Source: Eledone cirrhosa (Eukaryota). From it: a DNA stretch of 64,000 nucleotides. Shown here in pieces: positions 1-13,663 of the stretch (its first letter is position 1; the number at the start of each line of letters is the position of its first letter). Made by a program: the position numbers and the translations under genes. Location: positions 315,952,001 to 316,016,000 of the forward strand of contig OZ024742.1 in assembly GCA_964016885.1 (NCBI GenBank). The letters are read 5' to 3'. The notes below the pieces were generated by a model. That model was given only the letters and a program-made list of their open reading frames with translations. It was not told the origin of the DNA and did not search any database.

Positions 1-68
1 ATGTAACTGTTATAGAAACACGTGTCAATAAATTCCTTTCAACTAAACTGTATCCATTCAAATCTTTC

Positions 69-100
<32 letters not shown>

Positions 101-599
101 TATTCGTTCACTTTGTATACATACGAACTTCAAACATTCACAGAAATACACTAGCCGTTAGGGAGCCTGGCAATGTCTGATCGAATAACTGGCAATATTT
201 GATTACTGAATAATAAAATAGAACAGCTTTTGACTGCTCATTGTGGTACAAGTATTTGATACACGAGAAAACCATATGTCGGTGTTGGCTGCTTGTCTGG
301 AATTGTTCGGAGGGGATTTGTGAAGACGTTGTACAATTGTATTCAGATTTGTTAGATGTTTGGTAGAGTGGAAATATAAATACACAGCGTATATTAGAGA
401 AATATACTGACACACAGGCACCCAGACACAGGCATACGTGGACGTAATACTAATGCAAACATACAAAAGAAGATGTATATTGAATGTGTATATATACGTA
501 TGCAAATGCATGTATATGAACGAATGGTAGATACGTGTATGTTTGTGTTAGTATTTTATATATCTATTTATTTATAGATACGCTCGCAGTCTTACGCAC

Positions 600-772
600 C
601 ATCTATTACATTTAAACATTCACACACACATATATATATGTGAGTGTGTGAATGTGTGTGAACATATTTTTATGTGTGTGAATGTATGTATGTATGTATG
701 TATTATATATATATATATATATATTTATATATACATACACATTTATATATACATGTATATATATATATATCT

Positions 773-820
<48 letters not shown>

Positions 821-1051
821 TTTATATATATATATATATTTATATATATGTATATATATATATTTATATATTTATATATGTATATATATATTACGCACAT
901 TTAATGTATATATAAATATATATATATATATTTTTATGTGTGTGAATGTATGTATGTATTATATATATATATATACACACATTTTTATATATATATATAT
1001 GTATACATATATATATATATATACACACATTTATATATATATATATTTATA

Positions 1052-1082
<31 letters not shown>

Positions 1083-1170
1083 ATTTATATATGTATATAT
1101 ATATATACGCACATTTATATATATATATATAAATATATACATATATATATACATATATATATATATGTGA
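600..1170. repeat. Compound (TA)n/(TG)n microsatellite with internal higher-order duplication
   Basis: Long TA runs. TTTTTATGTGTGTGAATGTATGTATGTA recurs at ~667 and ~931, and ACACACATTTATATATA recurs several times. Confidence 0.9.
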
Positions 1171-1787
1171 AAAAATGGGGAGAAGAATACTGCAGGTTGC
1201 ACATGGATAACATGTTATAAAATGAGTCCCTCATCAGTGATTTGCCAACGATCATAGATATTTCATTGCATTAAAAATCATATACCTCACGTTGGTGCAA
1301 TAATAACTAAATTAAGTTATTAGGACAATTAAAACGCGTAAAGCGAGTGAGACAAGTAAAGAACAAAGAGGAAAGCTAACCGTAGATAGGAAGAGGCACA
1401 AGCTACATAGTTATTCTATCAGCATAAGCTGGGTGAATATATGAGCGCGTAGAAAATAGACCTTTCGAGATGAATCCAATGTAAGAAAGAAGGGAATTAT
1501 TTTCGTCGCGAACGGGGTGAAGTGAGAAGGGGAGAAACAATGAGTATATATATATACATATATGCGTCTGTGTTTGTGAGGGGGGTGTCTATGCATAAAC
1601 ACACATGCTACGACATTTAACTCTTCGACATTTATTTCTTGGTCAGAAACCTTTGCTTTCTTTATGGAAAGATTTCAAAGAACTAAAGTAGAACGATATC
1701 ATACACACATACACGGACGCACACTTACATACACACGCAAATATTCACACAGACTCACATACATGCGCACGCATATATAATTAATGG

Positions 1788-2390
1788 TTTCTAATTTAGA
1801 CACAACGCCAACAATGTTTAGGGAGTAGAGGTGGAAGTCGATTAAATCGACCCCAGTACTTGACTGGTACTTTAATCATGGAACTCCAGATGGATGAAAG
1901 GCAAAGTTGACTTCAGCGGGATTTGAACTGTATGTACAGAGCATTTTATCCCCGTTTTAACGATTCTGGTAGTCAATTACGCTTAAAATATAATTAATTC
2001 CTCTTCTTAGGGGAAAATTTTATCTTTGTTAGAAAGTTGTCGGCTACAGAAATGTCTCGAACTTATTAAACTTGTGGCGAATCGTCAGAAAGGACGCAGT
2101 GCCAGGGCGTCGGATTAAATGCCTTGATATTTGTTCTAGTTCACTGAACTCTGAGCTCAAATCTCACTGTAGTCAACTTGTTCTTTCATTATTTTCGGGC
2201 GATGGATTGGCTGTATCGGTAGAGGGCCGGACGCCATGCTTTGAAGTATAGAGTTACGGCCCTTTATGATCTGACTTCAGATCCTGCTGAGGTTGGCTTT
2301 GTCGTTCCAGTACCAGTCACGCATTGAGGTTGATTTAATTGACCCCCCCCCCCCCCCCTCTGGCCTTGTGCCTATATAAGAAACCATTAT
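1788..2390. mobile_element. Two tRNA-derived SINE copies, ~1788-1985 (-) and ~2200-2390 (+)
   Basis: Both match the window's abundant ~200-bp SINE (head GATTGGC.GTATCGGTAGAG, body AACTTTGCCTTTCATCC, tail GGCCTTGTGCC..AGAAAC.ATTATT). Confidence 0.8.
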
Positions 2391-3235
2391 TTTAGACAAA
2401 TTTCAGGTCTTGTGCCTAGATTAGACACTCTTCTTCTTCTTCTTCTTCTTCTTCTTCTTTGAAATTAGAAATTAATATATTTCACTCTTCTAACGAAAGG
2501 AATATTTTGCTTTTGTTTAGATCTAAAGTAATGCTTTAAAAAATTCAAATACTGAAATGAATTCCAAATATTAAAGAATTTGGCGGGCTGGTTTAGATGG
2601 CGATGGATAATATCCAGTTATGCCTAACAATGTAACTTTGCAATCAAATTTATTGTATTCACCGATAAACCACTTCCTTACCAAAGTGCTATTGTTATTG
2701 TATAGCAGTAGCTTAGATGGTTGTCAGATGTTGCAGATAATGAACACTAAAATGTTTATACAAATTGTACGTACGTCATTGTTGGCCGAATTTATCAATC
2801 TGCACTTCGCGTTTGCTAAGGAATTATCTTTATTGTCTTAAAAATTATAAGGACAGTGTTTAGCAAAACAATCTATTCAGTCGCCTAATTTAAGTTCTGT
2901 TGCTATTTCCATCGCCACAAAGTTGATAAGGTCGTATGCATTAGGATTGTTACTTTTTTTTTAAAATCGGTAAAGCACAAATACACACACACACACATGC
3001 ACACACATATATACACACAGACACACACACATACCCGCATACACAAATACACACAGACATACGCACACACACATACACACACACAAACACGTACATGCCC
3101 CACAGATACACTCCACGCACACGCACACACACACCCTGTACACACATAAACAGACACACACACACACACAAACACAGAAATACACATAAACATACACACA
3201 CACTCACACGCTCCACAGACACATAAACACACGCT

Positions 3236-3302
<67 letters not shown>

Positions 3303-3581
3303 GTTTTAAGTGCTGTAGATTGGAATTACATCGGGCGGAGCATATCCTCAACAGGAAGATAAAGTTAAGCAGAGAGGAAAAGAATAAAAGGAAATTATAC
3401 ACATGTTATGTTCTTTAATATGGAAGAAAAATGAAGCTGTTGAAGACTTAAGTACTTCAAATAACCGATAAGACTGAGTGTACGAGGTATCAAATTTATA
3501 TACATACACCCTCACATTCACATACATATCCCACTCCATACATGTACACACATATATATTCTATACTATACACACACACGT

Positions 3582-3614
<33 letters not shown>

Positions 3615-3766
3615 AATATATATACATATGTACGTATGCTAGAGCGAGAAATAAAATTATAATTATATATATATATAGTAAAAAATTGAACGGGAACAAA
3701 AGAGAGAGGCAGTACGAACAAAGGTTTATTAGTTTCACGCTCTTGAGAGTGGGGTGGTGGTGGGGA

Positions 3767-3798
3767 ACGACGTTTCGGGCATAAGCCCTTCTTCAGGT
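3767..3798 (-). ncRNA. Minimal type-I hammerhead ribozyme (Penelope-like element type)
   Basis: Minus strand reads ac-CTGAAGA-a-GGGC-ttat-GCCC-GAAAC-GTC-gt: intact core, 4-bp stem II, palindromic ACGT stem III and GUC site. It is followed by AATAAA and then (TA)n about 90 nt downstream. Confidence 0.8.
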
Positions 3799-4449
3799 GA
3801 AAAGTGTGTGGGAAGAGAGTTCCAAGGGTGTGTAGGGAGTGGTGGAGAGACATATAGAAAAAAGGGGGTGAGAGGAAACGGTACAAATGAAATTAAATAT
3901 AAAAGCATGATAAAAATAAAAATAAACATGAAGTAAAACAGGTGGTGGAAGGATGTGGGGCGTGTAGGGGTGGTGGCGGGTGGAGTGGGGAGAGGGAGGC
4001 GGGGTATCCGAGCGGGGAGGGCTGAAGGTGGTGTGTGTGTGTAGGTATACGTGTGTGTGTGTGTGTGTATGTGAAAGTAAGAGTTGGGGGAAGAACGGGG
4101 TTGCATGTTCAGGAAGAGGTGTGTGTGCGGTGGGGTGTCGGTCGGTGTGTGTGTGCGTGTGTGGATGGGGAGGGGTCAGAGGGGGTGATGGAGAGGATTC
4201 CGGAGGCTGAGTGTGTAAATATGTGGTGGTACGCACGTGTGTGTGGTGTTTATGCGTGTTGTAGATGTAGGTGGCGTGTGGGAAAGCTTTTTTTTTTAGT
4301 GTAGAGAGAGATAAGTTAAAACAATATCATGACTCTGTTTTCCTTTTAATGTTTTATTGTTTTCCGGGATTTATCTTAACCTACAACATTTTCAACATAT
4401 GGATTACATCGAGTTCTTCATGCAGCATAGACCCCACAACTTACTGTGG

Positions 4450-4584
<135 letters not shown>

Positions 4585-5439
4585 GAAAAATGAAAGTTAT
4601 AGGCGAAAGAGAGGGGTATCCTTGTCAGTTGTCTATTAGGAATCATTGGTATTTCTTCGCGTCAGAGACAATATACCTCAGCCGAGGGTGAACAATAACT
4701 AAAATAAGTTATTGGGATAAAAGAAGGGGGGGGGGGGGAGTAAACAGACACGAAGGGTGAAGCAACGTAAAGAGAGGAAAAATAGGAAAATATATATATA
4801 TATATATATATATGTGTGTATTTGTGTGTAATTGGATTTTTTTAGTGTTCTTTTCCTCATTTGTTCAGGAAAAGTAATTACCATTATTGCGTGTTCCAGC
4901 TAATAGGCTGAGGCGATGCTGGGGCACCGTTGTCTAAGCAGAAATATGGCAGCGACTTTCATCTTGTTGAGTTTCACCTTGTTCGCATTCTAAACACACT
5001 TTCATGTTGTTACATACATCCCTAAATATGGTTTACAAACATTGCAAGTATGAAAACAACGTATTTTAAAAGGGGTTTTAAGGGAATAATCAAGTGTATG
5101 TTCAGAAGTTACTAGTGGAAAAGCTATTAAGAATATGGTGGTGGTCTTCTCCAAAGAATTTACCCTGAATAATGAATGCACATACTCTGTTAGTAGGGCA
5201 AAATGGATAGTGCAGCATAGGTGTAGAACAAAAGGTACTGGAAAATCAGTGTTGTATCTGTATGATTCTAAAGCAACACGCAATGAGGATCGACCAACCA
5301 CAAATATATAACTGGTACCAAGTTCAGAATCCTTAAGGTGTTAAAAACAAAGTGAATATATCGAACCAGATACTATAAGAGATTTAGGTATATATATGTG
5401 TCATTTGTATCAACTTTATCAGGCAGAAAGCCTTTAGAC

Positions 5440-5653
5440 CAGGCATGGGCAATCATATAAAAAAAGGGTGGTAACTCAGGTTGTTTTGATTTGTTTCTTC
5501 AGAATTCGTACACGTTGTTTTCCTCGATCGTAAACATGATAGAAAGATAAATTACGACTGAAAATTTGGGCTAAAAAAATTAGAAAGATTTCACTTAGGT
5601 GACTTAGGCAAGCCATTCAGAAAGCTTCGCGGGCCGCAGATTGCCCATGATTA
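5440..5653. mobile_element. hAT (Buster/Charlie-like) MITE
   Basis: Termini CAGGCATGGGCAATC and GATTGCCCATGATTA share an 11-bp perfect inverted match. 8-bp flanking TSD CTTTAGAC/CTTTATAC with central TA. Subterminal CGCGGGCCGCA. Confidence 0.75.
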
Positions 5654-5937
5654 CTTTATACGAGTTAGATTTGTTGGATATAGCAGCCAAATTTTCCTCA
5701 AATTACACACCTCAATTTTTAAAGAGAAGTGTTGCATAATGACAAAAAAAAATGGTATGATCATTGATAGAATACTTTTGATTATAGGTCTGCTTTATTA
5801 TAGCAGACCTGGTAAGGAAACTAACGAAGAACAAGTATCTTCATCTTCCATTAATTGAATTTTTTCCCCAACATGATTGAGAAAGATGAGAATTAATAGT
5901 TCCAGTCATGGCAATATGTATATATATATATATATAC

Positions 5938-5980
<43 letters not shown>

Positions 5981-6018
5981 AATACACACACATTTGGACG
6001 TGAGTCTACACGTGAAAG

Positions 6019-6109
6019 CACATATCTGAGGAGCTTTGGATTGCAGAATCAGGAACGAACATAATCGATCGTTCCTCGAGCTGATCGGCAGTGAAACATG
6101 TAATATGTG
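6019..6109 (+). ncRNA. Type-I hammerhead ribozyme with long stem II
   Basis: cacatat-CTGAGGA-gct...agt-GAAAC-at-GTA-atatgtg: 7-bp stem I, palindromic ACATGT stem III, GUA site after 6102, and apical hairpin AGGAACGA/TCGTTCCT in stem II. Confidence 0.8.
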
Positions 6110-6152
6110 ATTACATATGTATATAATGCAACACTGATTCTTTGTTCCCTAC

Positions 6153-6233
<81 letters not shown>

Positions 6234-6331
6234 TACATATCGTGATATGTATCTATAAATTAACGGAGCCATAGACTCTCGTTATTCCCTGTCAATAATA
6301 TGCTCAAAGGAAAAGGAATCCTGAGCTCTTT

Positions 6332-6920
6332 AAAATACAATATGTTGAAAAGGTACCACACTAGAGAGAGAGTGTGCCATCAATAAAACAGGGAAAACCA
6401 CCAGTGTATCGAATCTATAATCTATGGAAGGCAGGGTAGACAACCAATGGAATAGCCTATGGGTCATCAGCGCGTGTAAGTAACAGTCTTTCCTCTCTCT
6501 CTGTTTGGGTGAGCACACTTCTTTGAGTGGTTTTTGGGCTGCCCTTTCTAGCAGCTCGTCCCTCAGATACCACTGGTTCACTGCCCTAAGCACGCTGTGA
6601 CATCTCTCTGCCGCGTGTTGCTGGACGGTCGCTTTAGATTCTCTTAGAGTTGTCTGGAATGTATAGTCTTGCACGCGCTGATGAGCCATAGGCTATTCCA
6701 TTTCAGTCAACTACCTCCTGGCGAAACAGATCTCTTTGGATTTGTACGCGTGTGTTATATAGTTATAGAGGTGCGTATATACATTTTAATTTATATTTTT
6801 AATTATTGTGTGTCTACCCTGCCTTCCATAGACTATAGATTCCATACACTGGTGGTTTCCCCTGTTTTATTGATGGCACAATATCTCTCTCTAGTGTGTT
6901 ACCTTTTCAACATGTATTTT
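6332..6920. repeat. Inverted-repeat element (pLTR-like) carrying a hammerhead
   Basis: 6332-6442 is the reverse complement of 6811-6920 with a few mismatches. 6448-6480 is the reverse complement of 6668-6700. Confidence 0.85.
6671..6753 (+). ncRNA. Full three-stem type-I hammerhead ribozyme
   Basis: gcacgcg-CTGATGA-GCCA...TGGC-GAAAC-agatct-cttt-ggattt-GTA-cgcgtgt: 7-bp stem I, G-C-closed stem II, ~8-bp stem III, GUA site after 6746. Confidence 0.88.
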
Positions 6921-6941
6921 ATATATATACACATATATATA

Positions 6942-7266
6942 TATAACAACTAGAAATTGATTAACATATAAATAAACATATGAAACAATCACAGGGGATA
7001 ATTTTTACAAGTGTGTAAGCACACATAGCTAGGTAGGTAACTAAATAAAGTTAACTAGAACTTCAAAAATAGATACCTTATAATATGATTATAAGATATC
7101 TATTTTTAGGGAAGATTAATCATATTATAAGGTATCTACTTTTGAAGTTCTAGTTAACTTTATTTAGTTACCTACCTAGCTATGTGTGCTTACACACTTG
7201 TACAAATTATCCCCTGTGATTGTTTCATATGTTTATTTATATGTTAATCAATTTCTAGTTGTTATA
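6942..7266. repeat. Long inverted repeat, ~150-bp arms with 25-bp spacer
   Basis: 6942-7091 is the near-perfect reverse complement of 7117-7266 (about 2 mismatches seen). It starts at a (TA)n run. Confidence 0.92.
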
Positions 7267-7390
7267 AAATGCTCGGACCTATTCATTAGAATCTTGGAGC
7301 TTATTTTACGGGTGATATGGCGCATGCCTTTCTGGCATGACACTCATAATTTTGATTTAGATTAAATTCACTTTGATTTATCTTAATTTT

Positions 7391-7443
<53 letters not shown>

Positions 7444-7453
7444 TATATATATG

Positions 7454-7515
<62 letters not shown>

Positions 7516-10106
7516 GTGTGTGTGTGTGTGTGTGTGTATGTGAGTATTTTCCCTTTTTATGACAGTAGGATATGATCTAAGACAGCTTTGCCTGGCATTT
7601 AAAAAGCATCTAAATGATCGATATCGACCCTCCAGGGGTTGATTGAATACTTGAGCTAAAATCTGACATTTATATAATACTACATGAAACAATACAATAA
7701 AATACATCTTGCTTATAAAGGTTTCTGATTGATATACAGTTAGACTTTATTGTCTATTTTTATACTCTATTTACTGATTCATATATTTACTTGTTTATTT
7801 CGGTACACGTCAGGGGTTAACAAGGAGGTCAAGGATTCCACAAAAGAGTCGATGGCCAAACATATTTCAGGATTTCTGGCATTGAGGCACCGAACAGAGT
7901 CTTCCTTTATTGCTCATAACAAACATTTTTTGTCTTTGGGTTTTTATGTTTTCGTTTTCAATGACCCCCCCCCCCCCCCATATTCAAATGATCCTTAGTC
8001 ATGACAACAATCTCACCGCCACCAAACTGAGTATTATTAGTTTCACTCTTAGCTTAGCCTCACTGCCGTCGCCATTACTGCGCTACCATCAGGATGGAAT
8101 TAGCAAATACCTCACCATTACTACCATAAACAAATCTCAGCATATCCACCACCAACAGTAACAAAATAACAACCAGTATTCTCACCACCATCACCACTAA
8201 CACTAACAAATACCTGGATGGTTTCGGCTAGAATGCCCATTATCATTGGTCGATTTAGTCGGGTCCAACCTGATAATAAGCAACAACAAAAATAATAAGA
8301 GCAACGACAACAACCAACCACCATAAATAACAATAAAATCTCCTAAACTATCATCACCAATACCACCACTAACACTAATACGATGAACACCACCATCACC
8401 AACGCCATCACCGTTCAACTTCTACTACAGATATAAAAACAAAACTACTCTTCATTTTTCACAACAAAAAATAACAAGCAAATTAACTGAACGATTTCAC
8501 CACATGCCCTGTCACTCTACTTGTCTCTGTAAAGGTCATTGATTCTGTAATGGATTTTCCAAGATCTGTGTTTACAGCAATGTTGTCAAAATAGAAAATA
8601 CTCTTAAATATTTTTGAAAACTGTTTAGACAAGTCTCCTTGCACGAAAAGGGTTTTGATGTCTATACAGAAGTCAATCTGGCTCTTACATATAACAAATA
8701 GTGAAATGTCACAGTGACTGTGTAAATATAGTGTCATATTATTTGATGGATGAACAAAATATAGTTGATAAGTATAATGATGTATTGGGACAAAATATTG
8801 AAATTTTGCTTTTTGGTGCTTCAGTTTCATCTGGAGGAAATTATATATATTTCTATAGTCATTGAACAAAGTGTCAGCATGAAGGCGACCTCAAAGTTGA
8901 TATTAAACCCCAGACTACTCAGGGCATTGATATAATCTTGGCGACAAAACATGACATTTGCATGACAAATGGAAATACAAAAACATGTAACTTGCTTATA
9001 CAGGTTTCTGATTTATAATTAGTCTTTATTGTCTATTTGTTTTATATCCTGTTTACTGAGTTATTTGCTTTCTTATTTAATGTTGTACATTCCTGAGAGT
9101 AATGAGAGGTGTGTGAAGGATTCCGTGAGGGCATTAATTGATCTATAATGTCTGGAGACACATGTACTAGATATTAAAGCATTTCGGAAATATTTTAAAA
9201 CTAGGACAAAAATATTCTCTTATTTGTCTGAATTTTAATAGTCATTTGGCTTCCTAATGCTGATTCCGTCCATATTCAGATTCTATAATTTTAGCCAGCA
9301 AACAATATAATGTACAATCTGCGCCATCTCTAGCTTTGCTATCATTTTTACAAACATTTCAGAAATATAAAATTAAATAATTTGTTATTTATTCACCATT
9401 ACTGAAATGATATACACACCATATATAAAGGAGGGCGTACATAGATTTTATTATGTTTTTATATATGACTTCGATAGAGAGGAGGAAGGACAGTGTTTAG
9501 GACTCCTTGTCAGGACCTTTGAGAATTTGAGGAAAAAGGAAGGTAGTTATTTGAAGAAGGAATGCTTGTAACAGTGGATTAAATCAAGGGTACCCAAGGG
9601 CCAGTCTGTTGTGTTAAACGAGGTGACAACTGAAATCTACCACAAAAGAAGGGATACGTTCCCTCTAACAGACTTCTGCAGTTTATCTCTACAAAATCTC
9701 ATCTTAAGGGTTTGGTACACTCGATTCTATGGTAGAAAATATTTACCTAAAGTACTACGCAAATCCCATAGTTGCGAAGCAAACTTATTAAACATAAAAC
9801 CATGCTTATGCCTATATAAGGAAATAAGATGAGAAAAATTTGACCATACTCCTTTTTTTCTCATTTTCAAGTTATATATATATGTATATACCACGTTTAT
9901 AATTGATGAATTAAAAAAAGAAATATATTTGAAAGATAAGTAACTATCAGTATGACAGATTTGGAATATTTTGGTTATAATATATTGTATGTATGGACAC
10001 ATAACTCCTTATGGAGTCCTAGGGGCACAGTTACGATATTTTAAGCGTGGCAGATTACAACACCTCCCCAAATCTGAAGACAGCCGATTTTGTCGAGAGA
10101 CAGAGA

Positions 10107-10141
<35 letters not shown>

Positions 10142-11787
10142 AGAAGGAAGAAGTGATAAAGAGTTATAGAGGAAAAAAATGTTTAACGACCGAGAAAGGA
10201 TGAAAGGTAAAGTTTAGCTCGGCGGAAATTGAACTCAGAGTGCAGAAAGCCGGAACGAACACGACAAAGCATTGTATCCGGCGTTTTAACGACTCTACCA
10301 AATTGTCGCCTCGAAGTGTAGAATATTCAATGCATAGTCACATAACGGTGAGATTGCTTCGTAAACCTGAATTTTATTTAACAATAAAAACACATAATTA
10401 ACAAACGTATTACTCTCCTGGTTTAGCTCAGTAGTATGGGATGGAATGGGCTTCTGGACTTCAGTCAGGTTCGGTAATAGGTGTTCCTGTTTCGTAATCA
10501 ACGAAATGTATGCTGGTAAAATAACGTGTAAGTAATTGATTCTATCTGACAAACTTCCAAACAGTTTCTTTTATCCAATTTCACTCATAAAGGTTGGATT
10601 GACCAGTAGCCATCATAAATAACACTAGCACACATTATGCCACGCAATAGGATCGAACCCGGGCCTTATAAATGCGAAGCAAACTTCTTAACGATTCGGC
10701 AAGGCTGCATTCACAATTGCGTGGGTAATCCTATATTGAGAATCAATAAGATACTTGGCGAATGAACCTCTACGTAGTCGATGGTTATCCTAGACATAGC
10801 AGTAAAATTTCCCTTAAATCCCAGTTTTAGACGGGACACAATTCATAATGATATCCTAGATATACCGTTTAAAATATAAGAAGAAAAATACCGCAAAATA
10901 CAGATAGGATGGTCAGGGCTGGAATGTCTTTTTATCAGAGATATGCTAAACAATAGCAATAAAAGGTACTTTGGTTATTTTTTATTCTGGATAACCACCA
11001 ACACTGTATCCTGAATCAATATTTAAACATTGATAAACAACAGCAGCAGTGGTAAGAACTAGATTTATGATGGTGAGGATGTTGATAGTGTCGATAATGA
11101 TCTTGATGATGTAGATGATGGTGATGATGATGATGACGATGAAGATGATGTTTATCTTGGTGATGATGATGGTGGTAGTAGTGATAAAGATGTCTTTGCC
11201 AAGTCTGATGGTATGTAAAGGGAAAGAACATGTACGTTTGATTAAAGTGAAAATCTATATTTTTATACGCAGTTATTTTATCTAGAGATAAAATAGAATG
11301 CAAGTAAAATTTGGTAGACAGGAATTGTGTGGAAGACTGTTGGATGGGCGGTACTTTCAATTCAAGGGGCCAGCGGTGTCACATACTTGGTCACATTGAA
11401 TTTCCTTGAGAATTATATTAAGGATACACGTGTCTGTTGAATATTCAGTTGCCTACACGTTAAACTAAGAACACTCATCGACAAAACGCATGGAAGTTTA
11501 TTCCATTTGCCTTACATATACGTGTACCCTCGTAATTCTCTGGCAAACCCAGCGTGATACATTGTGTGACAAAACCGACCCTTTGAAGTACAGTTACAGT
11601 CCATTTGATGGTCTTCCAAACAGTCTCCTCAGTGTAGGAAATTTCATCGGAGATATGGTAAATGGCACTTGCCCAAGATGCTACACAGAGGAATTGAAAC
11701 CGAGATCTAAAGTTAGCTGCTTAAACATTCGGCCAAGCAGTGACCACAGATCAATTATGAGCCTAATTGTAGATGTACGTTTGCACT

Positions 11788-11793
11788 TTTACA

Positions 11794-11891
<98 letters not shown>

Positions 11892-12480
11892 CGCGCACAC
11901 ACACAAACACACACCCACACACTCATGCACGCACGCACACACACAAAATGAGAGAAATACATAACGTGAGAGAAAGAGAGACATACAGACACATGCAGAT
12001 AAACACGCACACACATACACACAAACATACAAATACACACATACATAAGCACATACAAACGCACTCACACGAGCGCACACACAGAAAAGCAGACACATAA
12101 ACACAAACATACAAGCACACAAAGAAACACACAAAAAAAGCAGAAACACACTTACACATACAAAAGTAGCAGGAAATACACACTTACACATACACACGCA
12201 CAAACACAAACACACGCACAGACACACACAGACACACACACAAACACACAGACAAACACACACACACAAACATACACACACACACACACGCACAAACACG
12301 CACACACACACACATAACACGCACAAACACACATACACACAAACACATACACACACAAACACATACACACACAAACATACACACACACGCACAAACACAC
12401 ACGCGCACAAACACACACACACGCACACACATAGACATACAGACCACGCACACGCTGACATAGACACAAATGCTAGCTGT
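11788..12480. repeat. (CA)n and degenerate CA-rich satellite
   Basis: Pure CA run followed by degenerate CACACAAA-type units. Confidence 0.95.
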
Positions 12481-12687
12481 CATGCGCTAGCAGACTAACA
12501 GACATACACCCATACACAGAAATACTAAAACACATTGGCACCTTTCACCTTGCAAATAGTATCAGAATTTCATCGAATCAGGCAGTCAATGGCCTATTTC
12601 TGGAAACTACGCAGTTAACCAATAAAGGTTGCTTATGTAATAGATTCCAATATCGTTTGGAACGTGTGAAGTTTCTACCGTTGCAAT

Positions 12688-13075
12688 AGTTGTTTCTACT
12701 TTCGGCACAAGGCCAGCAATTACTCCAGTACATTACTGGTACTTTATTTTATCGACCCCCCGTAAGGATGAAAAGAAAAGTTAACCTCGACGGGATTTGA
12801 ACTCAGACCGTAAAGGGCCGTAACTCTATGCTGGACAGCATGGCGTCCGACCCTCTACCGATACTGCCAATCCACCGCCCTACTCAGTATAAATAATAAT
12901 TGTTTCTACTTTTGGCACAAGCCCAGAAATTATTACAGTACATTACTGGTACTTTATTTTATCGACCCCCGTAAGGATGAAAGGAAAAGTTAACCTCGGC
13001 GGGATTTGAACTCAGACCGTAAAGGGCCGTAACTCTTTGCTGCAAAGCATGGCGTCCGACCCTCTACCAATACTC
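12688..13075 (-). mobile_element. Two tandem tRNA-derived SINE copies (~12688-12880 and ~12897-13075)
   Basis: Each reads as the reverse complement of A-box TGGCAGTATCGG, B-box GAGTTCAAATCC and tail GTGCC.AAAGTAGAAACAA. Confidence 0.9.
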
Positions 13076-13238
13076 CCATTGTAATAGTGTTTAGACCTAT
13101 TGCAAAGACCATTTTTATAGTCCAGATAAATTTAATGAAGCTATACATATTTAAAGAAAATAGCTCACTGAATTTTTGTAGTTTATTCAGTATATAACTA
13201 AGTGAGTATATTTTAATATGGGTTTATGTATGCATGTA

Positions 13239-13308
<70 letters not shown>

Positions 13309-13663
13309 TGGGTATGCATGTATGTATGTATATTCTTCTGGTTTTATAATTTCACAAAGTTTTACCAATAGAGAGAGAATCGGTTTCTAACATAGACACA
13401 GATTCTCTCATTGGAATTTACACAACATCAATTAGGTAGATATGTATGTATGCATGCATGTGTAGATATGGATGTTATTGTATGTGTGGATGTGTATATT
13501 TTGAGTTGTATGTGTGCATGTGTATATGCTTTGTATCTGTACATGTGTATATGCAGTTATTAGATGTAACATTTTTGGAATGTTTTACATATTTTTACTG
13601 TTCCATTAATGGATTGTACTTGTAGTTTCCTAACTAGTTGTGTTCTTTCTGTTCCTGTGAAGC

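Noticed and set aside
648-1220. Long ORFs of YI, CV, HT, MYVC or LS repeats here and throughout the window
   Set aside because: These are translations of stop-free microsatellites, not proteins.
1200-1245. Minus-strand CTGATGA followed by the palindrome ATAACATGTTAT
   Set aside because: No GAAA and no stem I, so it is too decayed to call a hammerhead.
8483-8869. 128-aa minus-strand ORF
   Set aside because: No recognisable motif or exon evidence, and the length is compatible with chance.
11016-11360. His-rich ORF
   Set aside because: Derived from a degenerate (GAT)n repeat.
12688-13075. Repeated ~200-bp units as a CRISPR array or tRNA genes
   Set aside because: These are dispersed SINE copies with A/B boxes and TSDs. 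There is no repeat-spacer periodicity, no cas gene and no cloverleaf.
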